DNA of 64,000 nt. Origin: Candidatus Omnitrophota bacterium. Its GTDB lineage: Bacteria > Omnitrophota > Gorgyraeia > Gygaellales > JBFMHM01. The translations under genes were made by a program, and so were the position numbers. The DNA lies in the NCBI GenBank assembly GCA_040753015.1, contig JBFMHM010000001.1, forward strand, positions 82,731 through 146,730. The letters run 5' to 3'. This document shows positions 9,999 through 18,568 of this stretch, piece after piece; the stretch's first letter is position 1; the number at the start of each line of letters is the position of its first letter. A model generated the notes under the pieces. It searched no databases. It was not told the origin of the DNA and saw nothing but the letters and a program-made list of their open reading frames with translations.

Positions 9999-10147
9999 TG
10001 TTGCTTGCTTGCTCGCCTCGCGGCGAAGCCGAGGGCCGGCAGGGAGGCAGGTGTTCCCGGAATTCTAGGATTAATAACCCGATGGCAAAGATAAAGCTAG
10101 ATTTGCACAACAAAAACTCCGGCCGAATCTTTGTGCATTTTAGGTTT

Positions 10148-10342
10148 TAGGCCGTTTTTCGGCCATGTCGAATTCTGCTAAGAAAAATATCGAGTGTTTT
10201 ATAGCGAGAAATTTTTCTAGCGATTAGAGTTCGACGAAGTTGCATTTGTAGGGACAGGCCTGTGTGCCTGTCCGAAATGATTGATATTCGGATGATGGAA
10301 TAATTAAGTGTCGTGTCCCCGGAATTAAATTTCCGGAATTTC
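10148..10342. repeat. Composite repeat copy 2
   Basis: Same hairpin with compensatory changes, identical 26-bp REP at 10248-10273, GTGTCCCCGGAATT at 10313-10326. Confidence 0.9.
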
Positions 10343-10351
10343 AAAAACCTA

Positions 10352-10450
10352 TTACCAAACAAAAATATAATATCTAATAAATTGTTAGGTAAAAATAACT
10401 TGATTTTTTTACCAAACAAAGTATAATTTTATTAGTTAAATGTTTGGTAA
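10352..10450 (+). promoter_or_regulatory. Promoter with two inverted-repeat operators (TTACCAAACA..TGTTTGGTAA)
   Basis: TTACCAAACA 10352-10361 / TGTTAGGTAA 10383-10392; TTACCAAACA 10409-10418 / TGTTTGGTAA 10441-10450; TTGATT 10400-10405 and TATAAT 10422-10427. Confidence 0.7.
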
Positions 10451-10459
10451 GGAGGATGT

Positions 10460-10774
10460 ATGAGCGTTATTAAGGGTGTATTAAAAGAAGAGCTACAAAA
10501 TTCTCTCGATATGCTGAAGGGATATAAAAGAGAGATAGTCAAAATAAAAGGCTGTCTTGTTAGGAAAAAAGTTGGTAAACATTATTATTACTACTTGGCT
10601 AAGAGGCAAGGAAAAAAGATAAAGTTTACATACAAAGGTCCGATTTCAGAAGAGATAAGAAAAGCCTATACTCAGCAAAGAAAAATGCTTAATAAATATA
10701 AGAAATTATTACTACAGGTTAAAAATCAAATTAAATTTATAAGGAGAGCTCTGCGTGGAAAAGAAACAGCGTGA
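10460..10774 (+). CDS. Small basic protein, putative antitoxin/regulator
   Basis: 104 aa, Lys-rich, YYYLAKRQGKKIKFTYKG; overlaps the downstream NTase gene; GGAGG RBS. Confidence 0.7.
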   Translation: MSVIKGVLKEELQNSLDMLKGYKREIVKIKGCLVRKKVGKHYYYYLAKRQGKKIKFTYKGPISEEIRKAYTQQRKMLNKYKKLLLQVKNQIKFIRRALRGKETA

Positions 10775-11453
10775 GTTATGCCTTGAAATATTAAGACGGT
10801 TTAATGAATCTGGTATACTTGAAAATTTTATTTTAATCGGTAGCTGGGCTGCATATTTCTATAATGAATATTTTTCAGGTACTTCGTATTTAGATCGCCT
10901 CGCTGTAAAAACCAGAGACATTGATTTCTTAATTGATAATCCTCGAAAAATAAAAAGAGATGTTAATATACCCAAGCTCCTTGAAGATTTAGGTTTTATT
11001 GTTATATATAAAGGCAGCGGAGGATATATAAAATTAGATCACCCTGATTTGCTACTTGAATTTTTATCTCCTGAATTAGGTAAAGGCACAGGCAAGCCAA
11101 TACCTCTACCAAAATTAGGAGTAAATGCTGTTGCGCTAAGATTCTTAAGTTTTTTATCTAGTAATACAATTGAAGTTAAGGTTGAGAATTTCTATGTAAC
11201 TTTACCTCACCCAGCTAATTTTGCCTTACATAAATTGATTATTTTCCAACGTAGGTTTAAAGAAGAAAAAGCGCTAAAAGATAGAAATACTGCGATTGAA
11301 GTTTTAAAAGCTTTGATTAATAAGGGCGAGTCAGATACAATTAAGCAAGTTTTTGATTCAATGCCTAAAAAATGGCAAAACAAAATAGTTAATGGCTTAG
11401 ATAAAAACCAAGATAAGAATATATTAATCATATTGCAAAAAATAATTAAATAA
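10755..11453 (+). CDS. Nucleotidyltransferase-fold protein (GSU2403-like), putative toxin
   Basis: LIGSWA..TRDIDF Pol-beta motif; PHPANFALHKL..RR..K..KD C-terminal motif. Confidence 0.8.
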   Translation: MEKKQRELCLEILRRFNESGILENFILIGSWAAYFYNEYFSGTSYLDRLAVKTRDIDFLIDNPRKIKRDVNIPKLLEDLGFIVIYKGSGGYIKLDHPDLLLEFLSPELGKGTGKPIPLPKLGVNAVALRFLSFLSSNTIEVKVENFYVTLPHPANFALHKLIIFQRRFKEEKALKDRNTAIEVLKALINKGESDTIKQVFDSMPKKWQNKIVNGLDKNQDKNILIILQKIIK

Positions 11454-11539
11454 GAGTAAGTCATGCAAATAAAAATTGAAAGATTAAGTTATAATGTGTT
11501 GATAGAATTAATGTTACGCAGAAACGACACTGGATTTCT

Positions 11540-11626
11540 ATGCTAGAGAAAAAAGTGTTGCGTCAATTGCCAGGTAAAGGCCGCAGTGTGCATTACGATT
11601 TAGCCTGGCCAGAGAATAAATCGTGA
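11540..11626 (+). pseudogene. Possible C-terminal remnant of a Fic/DUF4172-family gene
   Basis: MLEKKVLRQLPGKGRSVHYDLAWPENKS* resembles the G-G-R-S-x-x-Y-x-L winged-helix tail of Fic proteins; no upstream body. Confidence 0.4.
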
Positions 11627-11660
11627 AGAGGTAAAATTTAGTGTTAAAATAAAGGGGAAA

Positions 11661-11698
11661 TAATTATAGTAGCTGTCCCCGGAATTTCCCGGAATTCC
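11661..11698. repeat. Further boundary motif TAATTA..CTGTCCCCGGAATTTCCCGGAATTCC
   Basis: Same terminal motif as at 9526-9540, 10051-10065 and 10313-10342. Confidence 0.8.
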
Positions 11699-11789
11699 TA
11701 GATTGCTGCTTAGTTTTTCAAATGGTATAATAAAGAAAATTTGCTAGGCTTAATGAAAACAAAAACTTTCTTAAATTGGAAATAAAGTT

Positions 11790-12401
11790 ATGAGTGAAAT
11801 TATTTATATTCTCACAAATGAAGCGATGAGTGGCTATGTAAAAATCGGTAAAACAACCAATAATCTTGAGCAACGGGTTAGAGAATTGAGCGCGTCAACA
11901 AGCGTTCCATTGCCTTTTACGGTTTTTTATGCTTGCACAGTAAAAAATGCTCAATTTGTTGAACATCAACTTCACGATGCTTTTGATGATAATCGTGTCA
12001 ACCCAAAAAGAGAATTTTTCCGAGTCGCTCCAGAACGAGTAGTCGCGGCTCTAAAGCTTGCAGAAATTGAGAATATAACACCAAAGAAAGACTTTGTTGA
12101 ATCTAAGGAAGATCAGGCGGCATTAAATGCCGCAAGAAAAATAAGAAGTAGATTTAACTTCGAAATGGTAAAAATTCCCGTAGGAGCTGAATTGTATTTT
12201 AGTCGCGATGAAAGCAGTAAGGCAAAAGTCATTGATACGCGTACCGCCAATTCTATTGAATTTAACGGAAAAAAAACAAGTCTATCTCGTTCAGCCCAAA
12301 AAATACTCGGCTATCAATACGGTGTATCAGGCACAGATTACTGGATGTATGAAGGCGAGACGCTCGATGAGCGCCGCAGGAGATTTGAAAGCGGAAAATG
12401 A
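11790..12401 (+). CDS. GIY-YIG nuclease (T5orf172/MUG113-like)
   Basis: IYILTN..GYVKIGKTT..RVREL..VPLPF..E..LH..REFF. Confidence 0.85.
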   Translation: MSEIIYILTNEAMSGYVKIGKTTNNLEQRVRELSASTSVPLPFTVFYACTVKNAQFVEHQLHDAFDDNRVNPKREFFRVAPERVVAALKLAEIENITPKKDFVESKEDQAALNAARKIRSRFNFEMVKIPVGAELYFSRDESSKAKVIDTRTANSIEFNGKKTSLSRSAQKILGYQYGVSGTDYWMYEGETLDERRRRFESGK

Positions 12402-12405
12402 TTTT

Positions 12406-13449
12406 ATGAAAACTAAATCTTTAAATAGAAACTTACACAAAGCAAGCCAAGCCAAAAAAGACGAGTTTTATACTCAACTTGCCGATATTGAAAATGAATT
12501 GAAATATTATAAAGATCAATTCCGCGGTAAAGTAGTTTTTTGCAACTGTGATGATCCTAGAGAAAGTAATTTCGTCAAATATTTCAGCATGAATTTTGAG
12601 CATTTAGGGCTAAAAAAATTGATAGCCACACATTATAAAGAAGCAAATTTATTTTCCCAAGAACCGCCTTATAAATTAGAATACACAGGCGATAAAAATG
12701 GTAATCGCACACCTGATCCAAGTGAGTTTATGACTGAGATGATAGGAACGGGCGATTTTCGTAGCGTGGAGTGTATTGAACTACTCAAAGAAGCGGATAT
12801 TGTTATGACTAATCCGCCATTTTCGCTGTTTCGTGAATATGTTGCACAGCTCGTGAAGTACAAAAAAAAGTTTTTGATTATAGGCAATACAAATTCACTA
12901 ACCTATAAAGAGATTTTTAAGCTAATTAAAGACAACAAGCTCCGTACTGGTTACACGAATTTTAATGTAGGAATGTTTTTTATTGTGCCAGACGATTGGG
13001 AGCATTTTCATCATATCGATGAAGATGGCAAGAAAATTGTGCGTGTCTCAACTTCGTGTTGGTTTACGAATCTTGTAGTTGAGAAGCATAAGCAAGATAT
13101 CACTCTTTATAAGAAATATTCACGTAAAGAATATCCAAAGTACTACAATTATGATGCAATTAACGTAGACAAATATACCGACATACCTTGCGACTATGAC
13201 GGTGCGATTGGTGTACCCATTACTTTCCTTGATAAATATAATCCGGAACAATTTGAGGTTATTGGTTTGGGTATATCTAATTCAGGGATAGAAATTGGAG
13301 TTAAACCATATAAAGAGGAACATAAAAAATACAGAAGAGAAGTTCAAAAAAGAGGTGCAGTTGATGGTGATTTATATATGATTAAAAATGGAATTGTTGA
13401 TGTTCCTTACGCTCGAGTTATTATAAAAAACAAGAAGGTGAAAAAATAA
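12406..13449 (+). CDS. Adenine-specific DNA methyltransferase, EcoRI family
   Basis: KKDEFYT, CNCDDP, GDFRS, TNPPFSLFRE, GVPITFLDKYNPEQF; true start probably ATG 12406 rather than 12208. Confidence 0.92.
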   Translation: MKTKSLNRNLHKASQAKKDEFYTQLADIENELKYYKDQFRGKVVFCNCDDPRESNFVKYFSMNFEHLGLKKLIATHYKEANLFSQEPPYKLEYTGDKNGNRTPDPSEFMTEMIGTGDFRSVECIELLKEADIVMTNPPFSLFREYVAQLVKYKKKFLIIGNTNSLTYKEIFKLIKDNKLRTGYTNFNVGMFFIVPDDWEHFHHIDEDGKKIVRVSTSCWFTNLVVEKHKQDITLYKKYSRKEYPKYYNYDAINVDKYTDIPCDYDGAIGVPITFLDKYNPEQFEVIGLGISNSGIEIGVKPYKEEHKKYRREVQKRGAVDGDLYMIKNGIVDVPYARVIIKNKKVKK

Positions 13450-13450
13450 T

Positions 13451-14557
13451 ATGAAAATTGAACTACACAAAATTAAAATTCATAGAGTGATAGCGGGCTA
13501 CAAAGATAGCGCAGAAGAAGGCGTAGTGGCTTATGATGGTAAACTTGATATTCGTCCAAAATATCAGCGTGAATTTGTGTACAAGGAAAAACAACGTAAT
13601 GCCGTAATCGAAACCATCAAAAACAGCTTTCCACTGAATGTGATGTATTGGATGATCAGAGAAGATGGTGGCTACGAAATGCTAGATGGCCAACAGCGCA
13701 CTATCAGTATCGGTCAATATGTGAATGGCGATTTTTCACTGAACGACCGGTTTTTTCATAATCTGACCAAAGAAGAGCAAGATAAAATTTTGGATTATGA
13801 ATTGATGATTTACTTTTGCGAAGGCACGGATAAAGAGCGATTAGACTGGTTCACGGTCATCAATACATATGGGGAAAAAGTGAACGAACAAGAAATTCGC
13901 AACGCGGTTTACACGGGGCCATGGCTCTCGGATGCTAAATTAAAGTTTAGCAAATCAAATTGCGCGGCATATCTTTTGGCAAATGACGGTGGGCAATTGG
14001 TAAACGGTTCGCCGATCCGCCAGGAATACTTAGAAACTGCACTTTCTTGGATAAACGATGGCAAAATAGAAGATTATATGGCCAAGCATCAGCATAAAAA
14101 AAATGCTGATGAATTATGGCAATATTTTCAGGATGCTATTGCATGGACAAGAAAGACGTTTACGCATTACCGCAAGGAAATGAGTAGTGTACAATGGGGC
14201 GAATTGTATAACCAATTCAAAGACAAAAAACTCAACGCCAATAAACTCGAAGCTGAGATTAAAGAGCTAATGCAAGACGAAGATGTTACCAAGAAATCAG
14301 GTATTTATCCATATGTTTTAACGCGGCAAGAAAAACATCTCTCAATACGCGCGTTTAATGACAAAATGAAGCGCGAAGCATACGAAAGGCAAAAAGGTAT
14401 TTGCCCACACTGCAAAAGCGAGAACAAGAAAAAGAAATGGGAAATTGAAGAAATGGAGGCCGACCATATTACCCCTTGGCATGAGGGTGGAAAGACAACC
14501 ACAGAAAATTGTCAAATGTTATGCAAGCAATGCAACCGGACTAAGTCTGGAAAATAA
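13451..14557 (+). CDS. DUF262 + HNH endonuclease (GmrSD-like), putative restriction partner
   Basis: PKYQREFV, DGQQR, F..IN; C-terminal CPHC..EADHI..GG.T..NCQMLC..CN. Confidence 0.9.
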   Translation: MKIELHKIKIHRVIAGYKDSAEEGVVAYDGKLDIRPKYQREFVYKEKQRNAVIETIKNSFPLNVMYWMIREDGGYEMLDGQQRTISIGQYVNGDFSLNDRFFHNLTKEEQDKILDYELMIYFCEGTDKERLDWFTVINTYGEKVNEQEIRNAVYTGPWLSDAKLKFSKSNCAAYLLANDGGQLVNGSPIRQEYLETALSWINDGKIEDYMAKHQHKKNADELWQYFQDAIAWTRKTFTHYRKEMSSVQWGELYNQFKDKKLNANKLEAEIKELMQDEDVTKKSGIYPYVLTRQEKHLSIRAFNDKMKREAYERQKGICPHCKSENKKKKWEIEEMEADHITPWHEGGKTTTENCQMLCKQCNRTKSGK

Positions 14558-14561
14558 AAGC

Positions 14562-15260
14562 ATGAATTCATTTAAAGGCGTTATCTATACGGTTTTGAAA
14601 AAAATTAAAAATTTGATTATTGGATTTTTAAGATGGGTGCATAGAGTAGCAAAATTTCTAAATAAACACGCAAAGATTAGGTGGCCAGAGACCATGATGG
14701 CTGTGGCTAATATAATTCTTGCAATAGTAACTTGGCGTTATGTCGTTCTTACTAAATACATCGTTCAGCAACAAATAAATCAAACTAACCAACAAAAAGA
14801 GCAATTTGAGTTGGTTAATAGAGCTAAGGTGTGGTTTCAAGGCTTATCAGGAGATATACAAAAAGGAAATTTATTATTTATTAATTCTGGCAATTTGCCA
14901 GCAAAATATTGTAAATTTTTATGGAGAATAGTTAAAGTAGATGGTGAACAAGTTTTACAAGAATTTAAGGAACAAAGTAATATAATCAAAATTGATAGCC
15001 TTGATCAAGAAGAGATTTTTTCACTCCCATATTCTTCGAATTTTAGTCTAAAAGATCAGATTGTTTTTCTTGTTGTCGTATGGAAATATAGTGGAAAAGG
15101 AATAGAAGATTCGACCCCAAAAGAAAAAGTTCTACTATGGAATATTGACCAGAAGCCTAATGCAGCATGGGTTATTCCATCTTCTAGTATGGGCTCGAAT
15201 CATGTAAGCACACTGGATGCTATAAAGAAAGAATTAAGATCTGCTTTAGATAAAGAATAA
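14562..15260 (+). CDS. Hypothetical membrane-anchored protein
   Basis: Single TM (MAVANIILAIVTWRYVVLT) followed by a Gln-rich coil; start probably ATG 14562. Confidence 0.65.
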   Translation: MNSFKGVIYTVLKKIKNLIIGFLRWVHRVAKFLNKHAKIRWPETMMAVANIILAIVTWRYVVLTKYIVQQQINQTNQQKEQFELVNRAKVWFQGLSGDIQKGNLLFINSGNLPAKYCKFLWRIVKVDGEQVLQEFKEQSNIIKIDSLDQEEIFSLPYSSNFSLKDQIVFLVVVWKYSGKGIEDSTPKEKVLLWNIDQKPNAAWVIPSSSMGSNHVSTLDAIKKELRSALDKE

Positions 15261-15285
15261 GATAACAAGCAATAAGTAAAAAAGT

Positions 15286-15332
15286 AAAATGGGGGCGTTT
15301 CTAATTTTTAAAAAAATAAACGTCCCAATTTT
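15286..15332. repeat. Imperfect inverted repeat between island genes
   Basis: AAAATGGGGGCGTTT (15286-15300) / AAACGTCCCAATTTT (15318-15332). Confidence 0.6.
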
Positions 15333-15350
15333 CTAACACCGTTTTATTTT

Positions 15351-16268
15351 ATGTTTGATCAAGTTAATATTCCAGATGAATTTATTACAGAAAAAATTTC
15401 TTGGGAAGAAATAAAGAAGATCTTTGGTAAATTTAGTGATCAATGGATTTTTCGCGGGCAAAGTAATGATAGCATTCCAGAATCTATTCTTTATCGAAAT
15501 GAAAAATGTCTCAATTACGGCTCCGAAGAAGAAAGAGCTATAAACGATTTTAAAAATGAGATTGATAAGTATCCCGGTGTCGAATGTAGCCCGGTAACAA
15601 AAGTTGATTGGTTATGTTTGATGAGGCATTACGGCTATCCTAGTAGAATTCTAGATTGGACGAGTTGTCCGTACATAGCAACTTTTTTCGCATTTAAAGA
15701 AGATAAAATTAATTCTGGAGCACCTGTTGTTTGGGCTGTAAACAAGGATTGGCTAAAATATTGGGCTATTCGTAGAATAAAAACTATAGAAAAATATATA
15801 AATTGCACAGAAACTGATTTAACAACAGATGAATGTTTCAATGATATATTTATATTTAATAATGATTATTTGAATTTTGTATATCCATTTTTACCGAGTA
15901 GTAATATTTCAAAATCAGGTAGAATCTCTAAACAAAAATCAGTATTTTTGTGCCCAGGAAATCCCATTAGGGATTTTATGACTAACCTATGTTGCGAGTT
16001 TAGTTCACAAAATAATATAAACAGAGAAATATCCGATGGTTTGATTAGTCAATTCACAGATGAAAAAAATAAATATATTTATAAATTACGAATTAATATT
16101 GAAGATAAAGATAAAATCATAAATGATCTGAAAAATAAAAATATAACAGAGCACAGTCTATCTTTAAATCCACATTCTCTTGATGAAGCCGGTAAAAAAT
16201 TTAAAGAAATGGCACTAAAAAGAGACGAATATTGGCGTAATTGGCTATCAGAAGAAATAAATATATGA
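15351..16268 (+). CDS. FRG domain protein
   Basis: WIFRGQ, MRHYGYPSRILDWT..YIATFFA, R..KQKSVF. Confidence 0.9.
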   Translation: MFDQVNIPDEFITEKISWEEIKKIFGKFSDQWIFRGQSNDSIPESILYRNEKCLNYGSEEERAINDFKNEIDKYPGVECSPVTKVDWLCLMRHYGYPSRILDWTSCPYIATFFAFKEDKINSGAPVVWAVNKDWLKYWAIRRIKTIEKYINCTETDLTTDECFNDIFIFNNDYLNFVYPFLPSSNISKSGRISKQKSVFLCPGNPIRDFMTNLCCEFSSQNNINREISDGLISQFTDEKNKYIYKLRINIEDKDKIINDLKNKNITEHSLSLNPHSLDEAGKKFKEMALKRDEYWRNWLSEEINI

Positions 16269-16284
16269 GAGAGGCGGGAGACTG

Positions 16285-17037
16285 ATGACCCAATATTATA
16301 ACTCAAAACGAAAATATAATTTGTATACGCCAAACGGCGCGGAGGCGTATAAACTTAGCCGCTCGCAAATTGAGCTTTACATAAATTGCCCAAGATGTTT
16401 TTATCTCGATAGAAAACTTGGTGTGGGAAGACCGCCGGGGTTTCCTTTTGCCTTAAATAGCGCAGTCGATATCCTTCTTAAAAAAGAATTTGACCTATTG
16501 CGGGCAAACGGCGAGGCTCACCCGTTAATGAAAAAATATAAAGTAGATGCAATTCCTGCAAAACACCCTGACCTTGAAGATTGGCGAAATAATCGAAAGG
16601 GAGTGCAATATTTGCATAAGCCGACTAATTTTCTTATTACTGGCGCAATTGACGACTTATGGGAAAACTCCGCTAAAGAATTTATCGTTGTGGATTATAA
16701 GTCTACTGCGAAAGCAGAAGAAATTGTTGAGCTTAAAGAAGACTGGCAAGATTCATATAAACGCCAAATGGAAATATATCAATGGCTTATTCGTCAAAAT
16801 GGGCATAAAGTATCCAACACAGGTTATTTTGTATATTGCAACGGGAAAATAGGCCAAGATAAGTTTGACGGAAAACTTGAATTTGATATTGCGCTAATTG
16901 CACACGTAGGCAAGGACGATTGGATAGAAGGCGTTATTAAGAATATCCACTGCTGCTTGTCTAAAGACGAAATACCGCCTGCTGATAAAAACTGCGACTA
17001 TTGTGCTTATCGTGAATCAGCCAATATGGTTCGTTAA
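16285..17037 (+). CDS. PD-(D/E)XK nuclease (RecB/AddB-like, probable Fe-S cysteines)
   Basis: LSRS..CPRCFY, GAIDDL..VDYKS, QMEIY, C-terminal CDYC. Confidence 0.85.
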   Translation: MTQYYNSKRKYNLYTPNGAEAYKLSRSQIELYINCPRCFYLDRKLGVGRPPGFPFALNSAVDILLKKEFDLLRANGEAHPLMKKYKVDAIPAKHPDLEDWRNNRKGVQYLHKPTNFLITGAIDDLWENSAKEFIVVDYKSTAKAEEIVELKEDWQDSYKRQMEIYQWLIRQNGHKVSNTGYFVYCNGKIGQDKFDGKLEFDIALIAHVGKDDWIEGVIKNIHCCLSKDEIPPADKNCDYCAYRESANMVR

Positions 17038-17051
17038 AAGCGATATTGCAA

Positions 17052-17525
17052 ATGAATAAAATCAAAAAATATTTATGTTGGTTGGGTGGTGGCATAGCCA
17101 CTGTTCTTTGGTATATCTTTGCCGAAGGATGGCTTATTTTAATGGTTGACTTATTCGGGTTTTTTGGTTCAACGATAATCGTAACATTAGTTACGGTTAT
17201 TTTATCATGGCTTATTATCTATGCATCTAAAAACTCTAGTAAACTTGATCGCCTGCAGAATTGGTTAGTAGGCAAAGAAGGCGACCTATCTAAAAAAGCG
17301 CAAGCAGCAATGAAAAGCGGTAAGATATTAGTTGTAGCTAATACGGCAATTTTTTTAGGGCCAATGGTTGCTACATTTTTGATGCTTATGATGGGAATCA
17401 AAGCTAAGAAAGTTTATATTTATTCTATTTTTTGTGCTTTACTATGCGCAATTGTCTGGTGCGGGCTTTACTCGGGCATATTTTGGGAAATTCATAAAAT
17501 ATTTCACAAACCACCAATTACATAA
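17052..17525 (+). CDS. Hypothetical membrane protein
   Basis: About four hydrophobic segments. Confidence 0.65.
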   Translation: MNKIKKYLCWLGGGIATVLWYIFAEGWLILMVDLFGFFGSTIIVTLVTVILSWLIIYASKNSSKLDRLQNWLVGKEGDLSKKAQAAMKSGKILVVANTAIFLGPMVATFLMLMMGIKAKKVYIYSIFCALLCAIVWCGLYSGIFWEIHKIFHKPPIT

Positions 17526-17527
17526 AA

Positions 17528-17778
17528 ATGCAAACCATTACTGCAAAAGAAATGAGAAAGTTAGATGCTTTGGCGACAAGCCGATACGGAATTCCCAGCT
17601 TGATTCTGATGGAAAATGCGGGAAGATCAGCCAAAGAAGAAGCCTTAAAGATGCTACCAAAAAATGCGCCAAGAAAACAGTAACCTTTGGCTTATTGAAA
17701 AAAGGCTTGATTAAAAAACAAGCAAATAAATTTACCGGTGGGGTAGTAGTTGGAGATATTTCCCTCCCACAAAATTAA
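17528..17778 (+). pseudogene. nnrE: Internally deleted NAD(P)H-hydrate epimerase (YjeF-N/NnrE) pseudogene
   Basis: 5' frame MQTITAKEMRKLDALATSRYGIPSLILMENAGRS (LMENAG motif) stops early; another frame gives AKKTVTFGLLKKGL..TGGVVVGDISLP, the family C-terminus. Confidence 0.8.
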
Positions 17779-17785
17779 AGGGGCT

Positions 17786-18568
17786 ATGAAAACAGTTATA
17801 TTTTATTTTTCCGGGACAGGAAATTGTTTGAAGGTTGCGCAGGATATTGCCGCAGGACTTAAGGATACCGAAATTATCGCTATTCCTAAAGTAATCGATG
17901 AAAGCGAAATTTCTACCAAGGCAAATAATGTCGGAATAATTTATCCTGTTTACATGTTCGGAATGCCTTTAATTCTTAGCCGGTTTATAAAAAAACTTAA
18001 ATTTAATAGTGCTCAATATATTTTTAGCGTGGCAACATACGGCGGAATGATGGGAAGCACGCTTATACAAACAAAACGAGAACTCAAAAAACAGGGGATA
18101 AAATTATCCGCGGGATTTGGCATAAAGATGCCGGGAAATTATACGCCGCTTTACGGAGCATTGCCTTTAGATAAACAAGAAAAAATGTTCGCGAAAGAAA
18201 ATGAGAAGATTAAGCTTATTTGCGAAATCGTGAAAGCATCTAAAGAAGCACCTATAGAAAAAGGTTTAATTCTCGAAAATCTGTTACTAAGCGGTATTAT
18301 TTACAACGTTTGTTCGCCACAGATACCCAGCATGGATAAATCTTTCTGGGTAAATGATAAATGTAACAGCTGTGGCATCTGCCAAAAAGTTTGCCCGGTG
18401 AAGAATATTAAAATTGTAGACGCAAAGCCAGCGTGGCTAGGTAAATGCGAGCAATGTATGGCATGTTTACAGTGGTGCCCCAAAGAAGCAATCCAATACG
18501 GCAAAAGGACAATCGGACGCAAACGCTATCATCATCCGCAAATATCTCTAGACGATATTATTTTTTAA
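17786..18568 (+). CDS. EFR1-family flavodoxin-ferredoxin fusion
   Basis: YFSGTGNC flavodoxin start; CNSCGICQKVCP and CEQCMACLQWCP; RYHHP. Confidence 0.9.
   Translation: MKTVIFYFSGTGNCLKVAQDIAAGLKDTEIIAIPKVIDESEISTKANNVGIIYPVYMFGMPLILSRFIKKLKFNSAQYIFSVATYGGMMGSTLIQTKRELKKQGIKLSAGFGIKMPGNYTPLYGALPLDKQEKMFAKENEKIKLICEIVKASKEAPIEKGLILENLLLSGIIYNVCSPQIPSMDKSFWVNDKCNSCGICQKVCPVKNIKIVDAKPAWLGKCEQCMACLQWCPKEAIQYGKRTIGRKRYHHPQISLDDIIF

Noticed and set aside
9366-10235. Canonical integron attC array
   Set aside because: No intI in the window, copy 2 has AAT rather than AAC, and the bulge geometry differs from attC; kept only as an attC-like finding
10147-10419. 90-aa minus-strand ORF, and 9832-10068 on the plus strand
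   Set aside because: They run through repeat or operator DNA, or overlap a better-supported gene
10058-11698. GAATTC sites as targets of the neighbouring EcoRI-family methylase
   Set aside because: Only some boundary motifs contain GAATTC, and family membership does not fix specificity
12208-12405. N-terminal extension of the methyltransferase
   Set aside because: Overlaps the GIY-YIG gene; family-like sequence starts at ATG 12406
16285-17037. Cas4 of a CRISPR system
   Set aside because: Stand-alone PD-(D/E)XK nuclease with no cas1/cas2 or array nearby
9349-17037. Prophage or IS element
   Set aside because: No integrase, transposase or phage structural gene is recognisable in the window
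17434-17778. 114-aa ORF as a real protein
   Set aside because: Only its last ~36 codons are meaningful (nnrE remnant); the rest overlaps other frames
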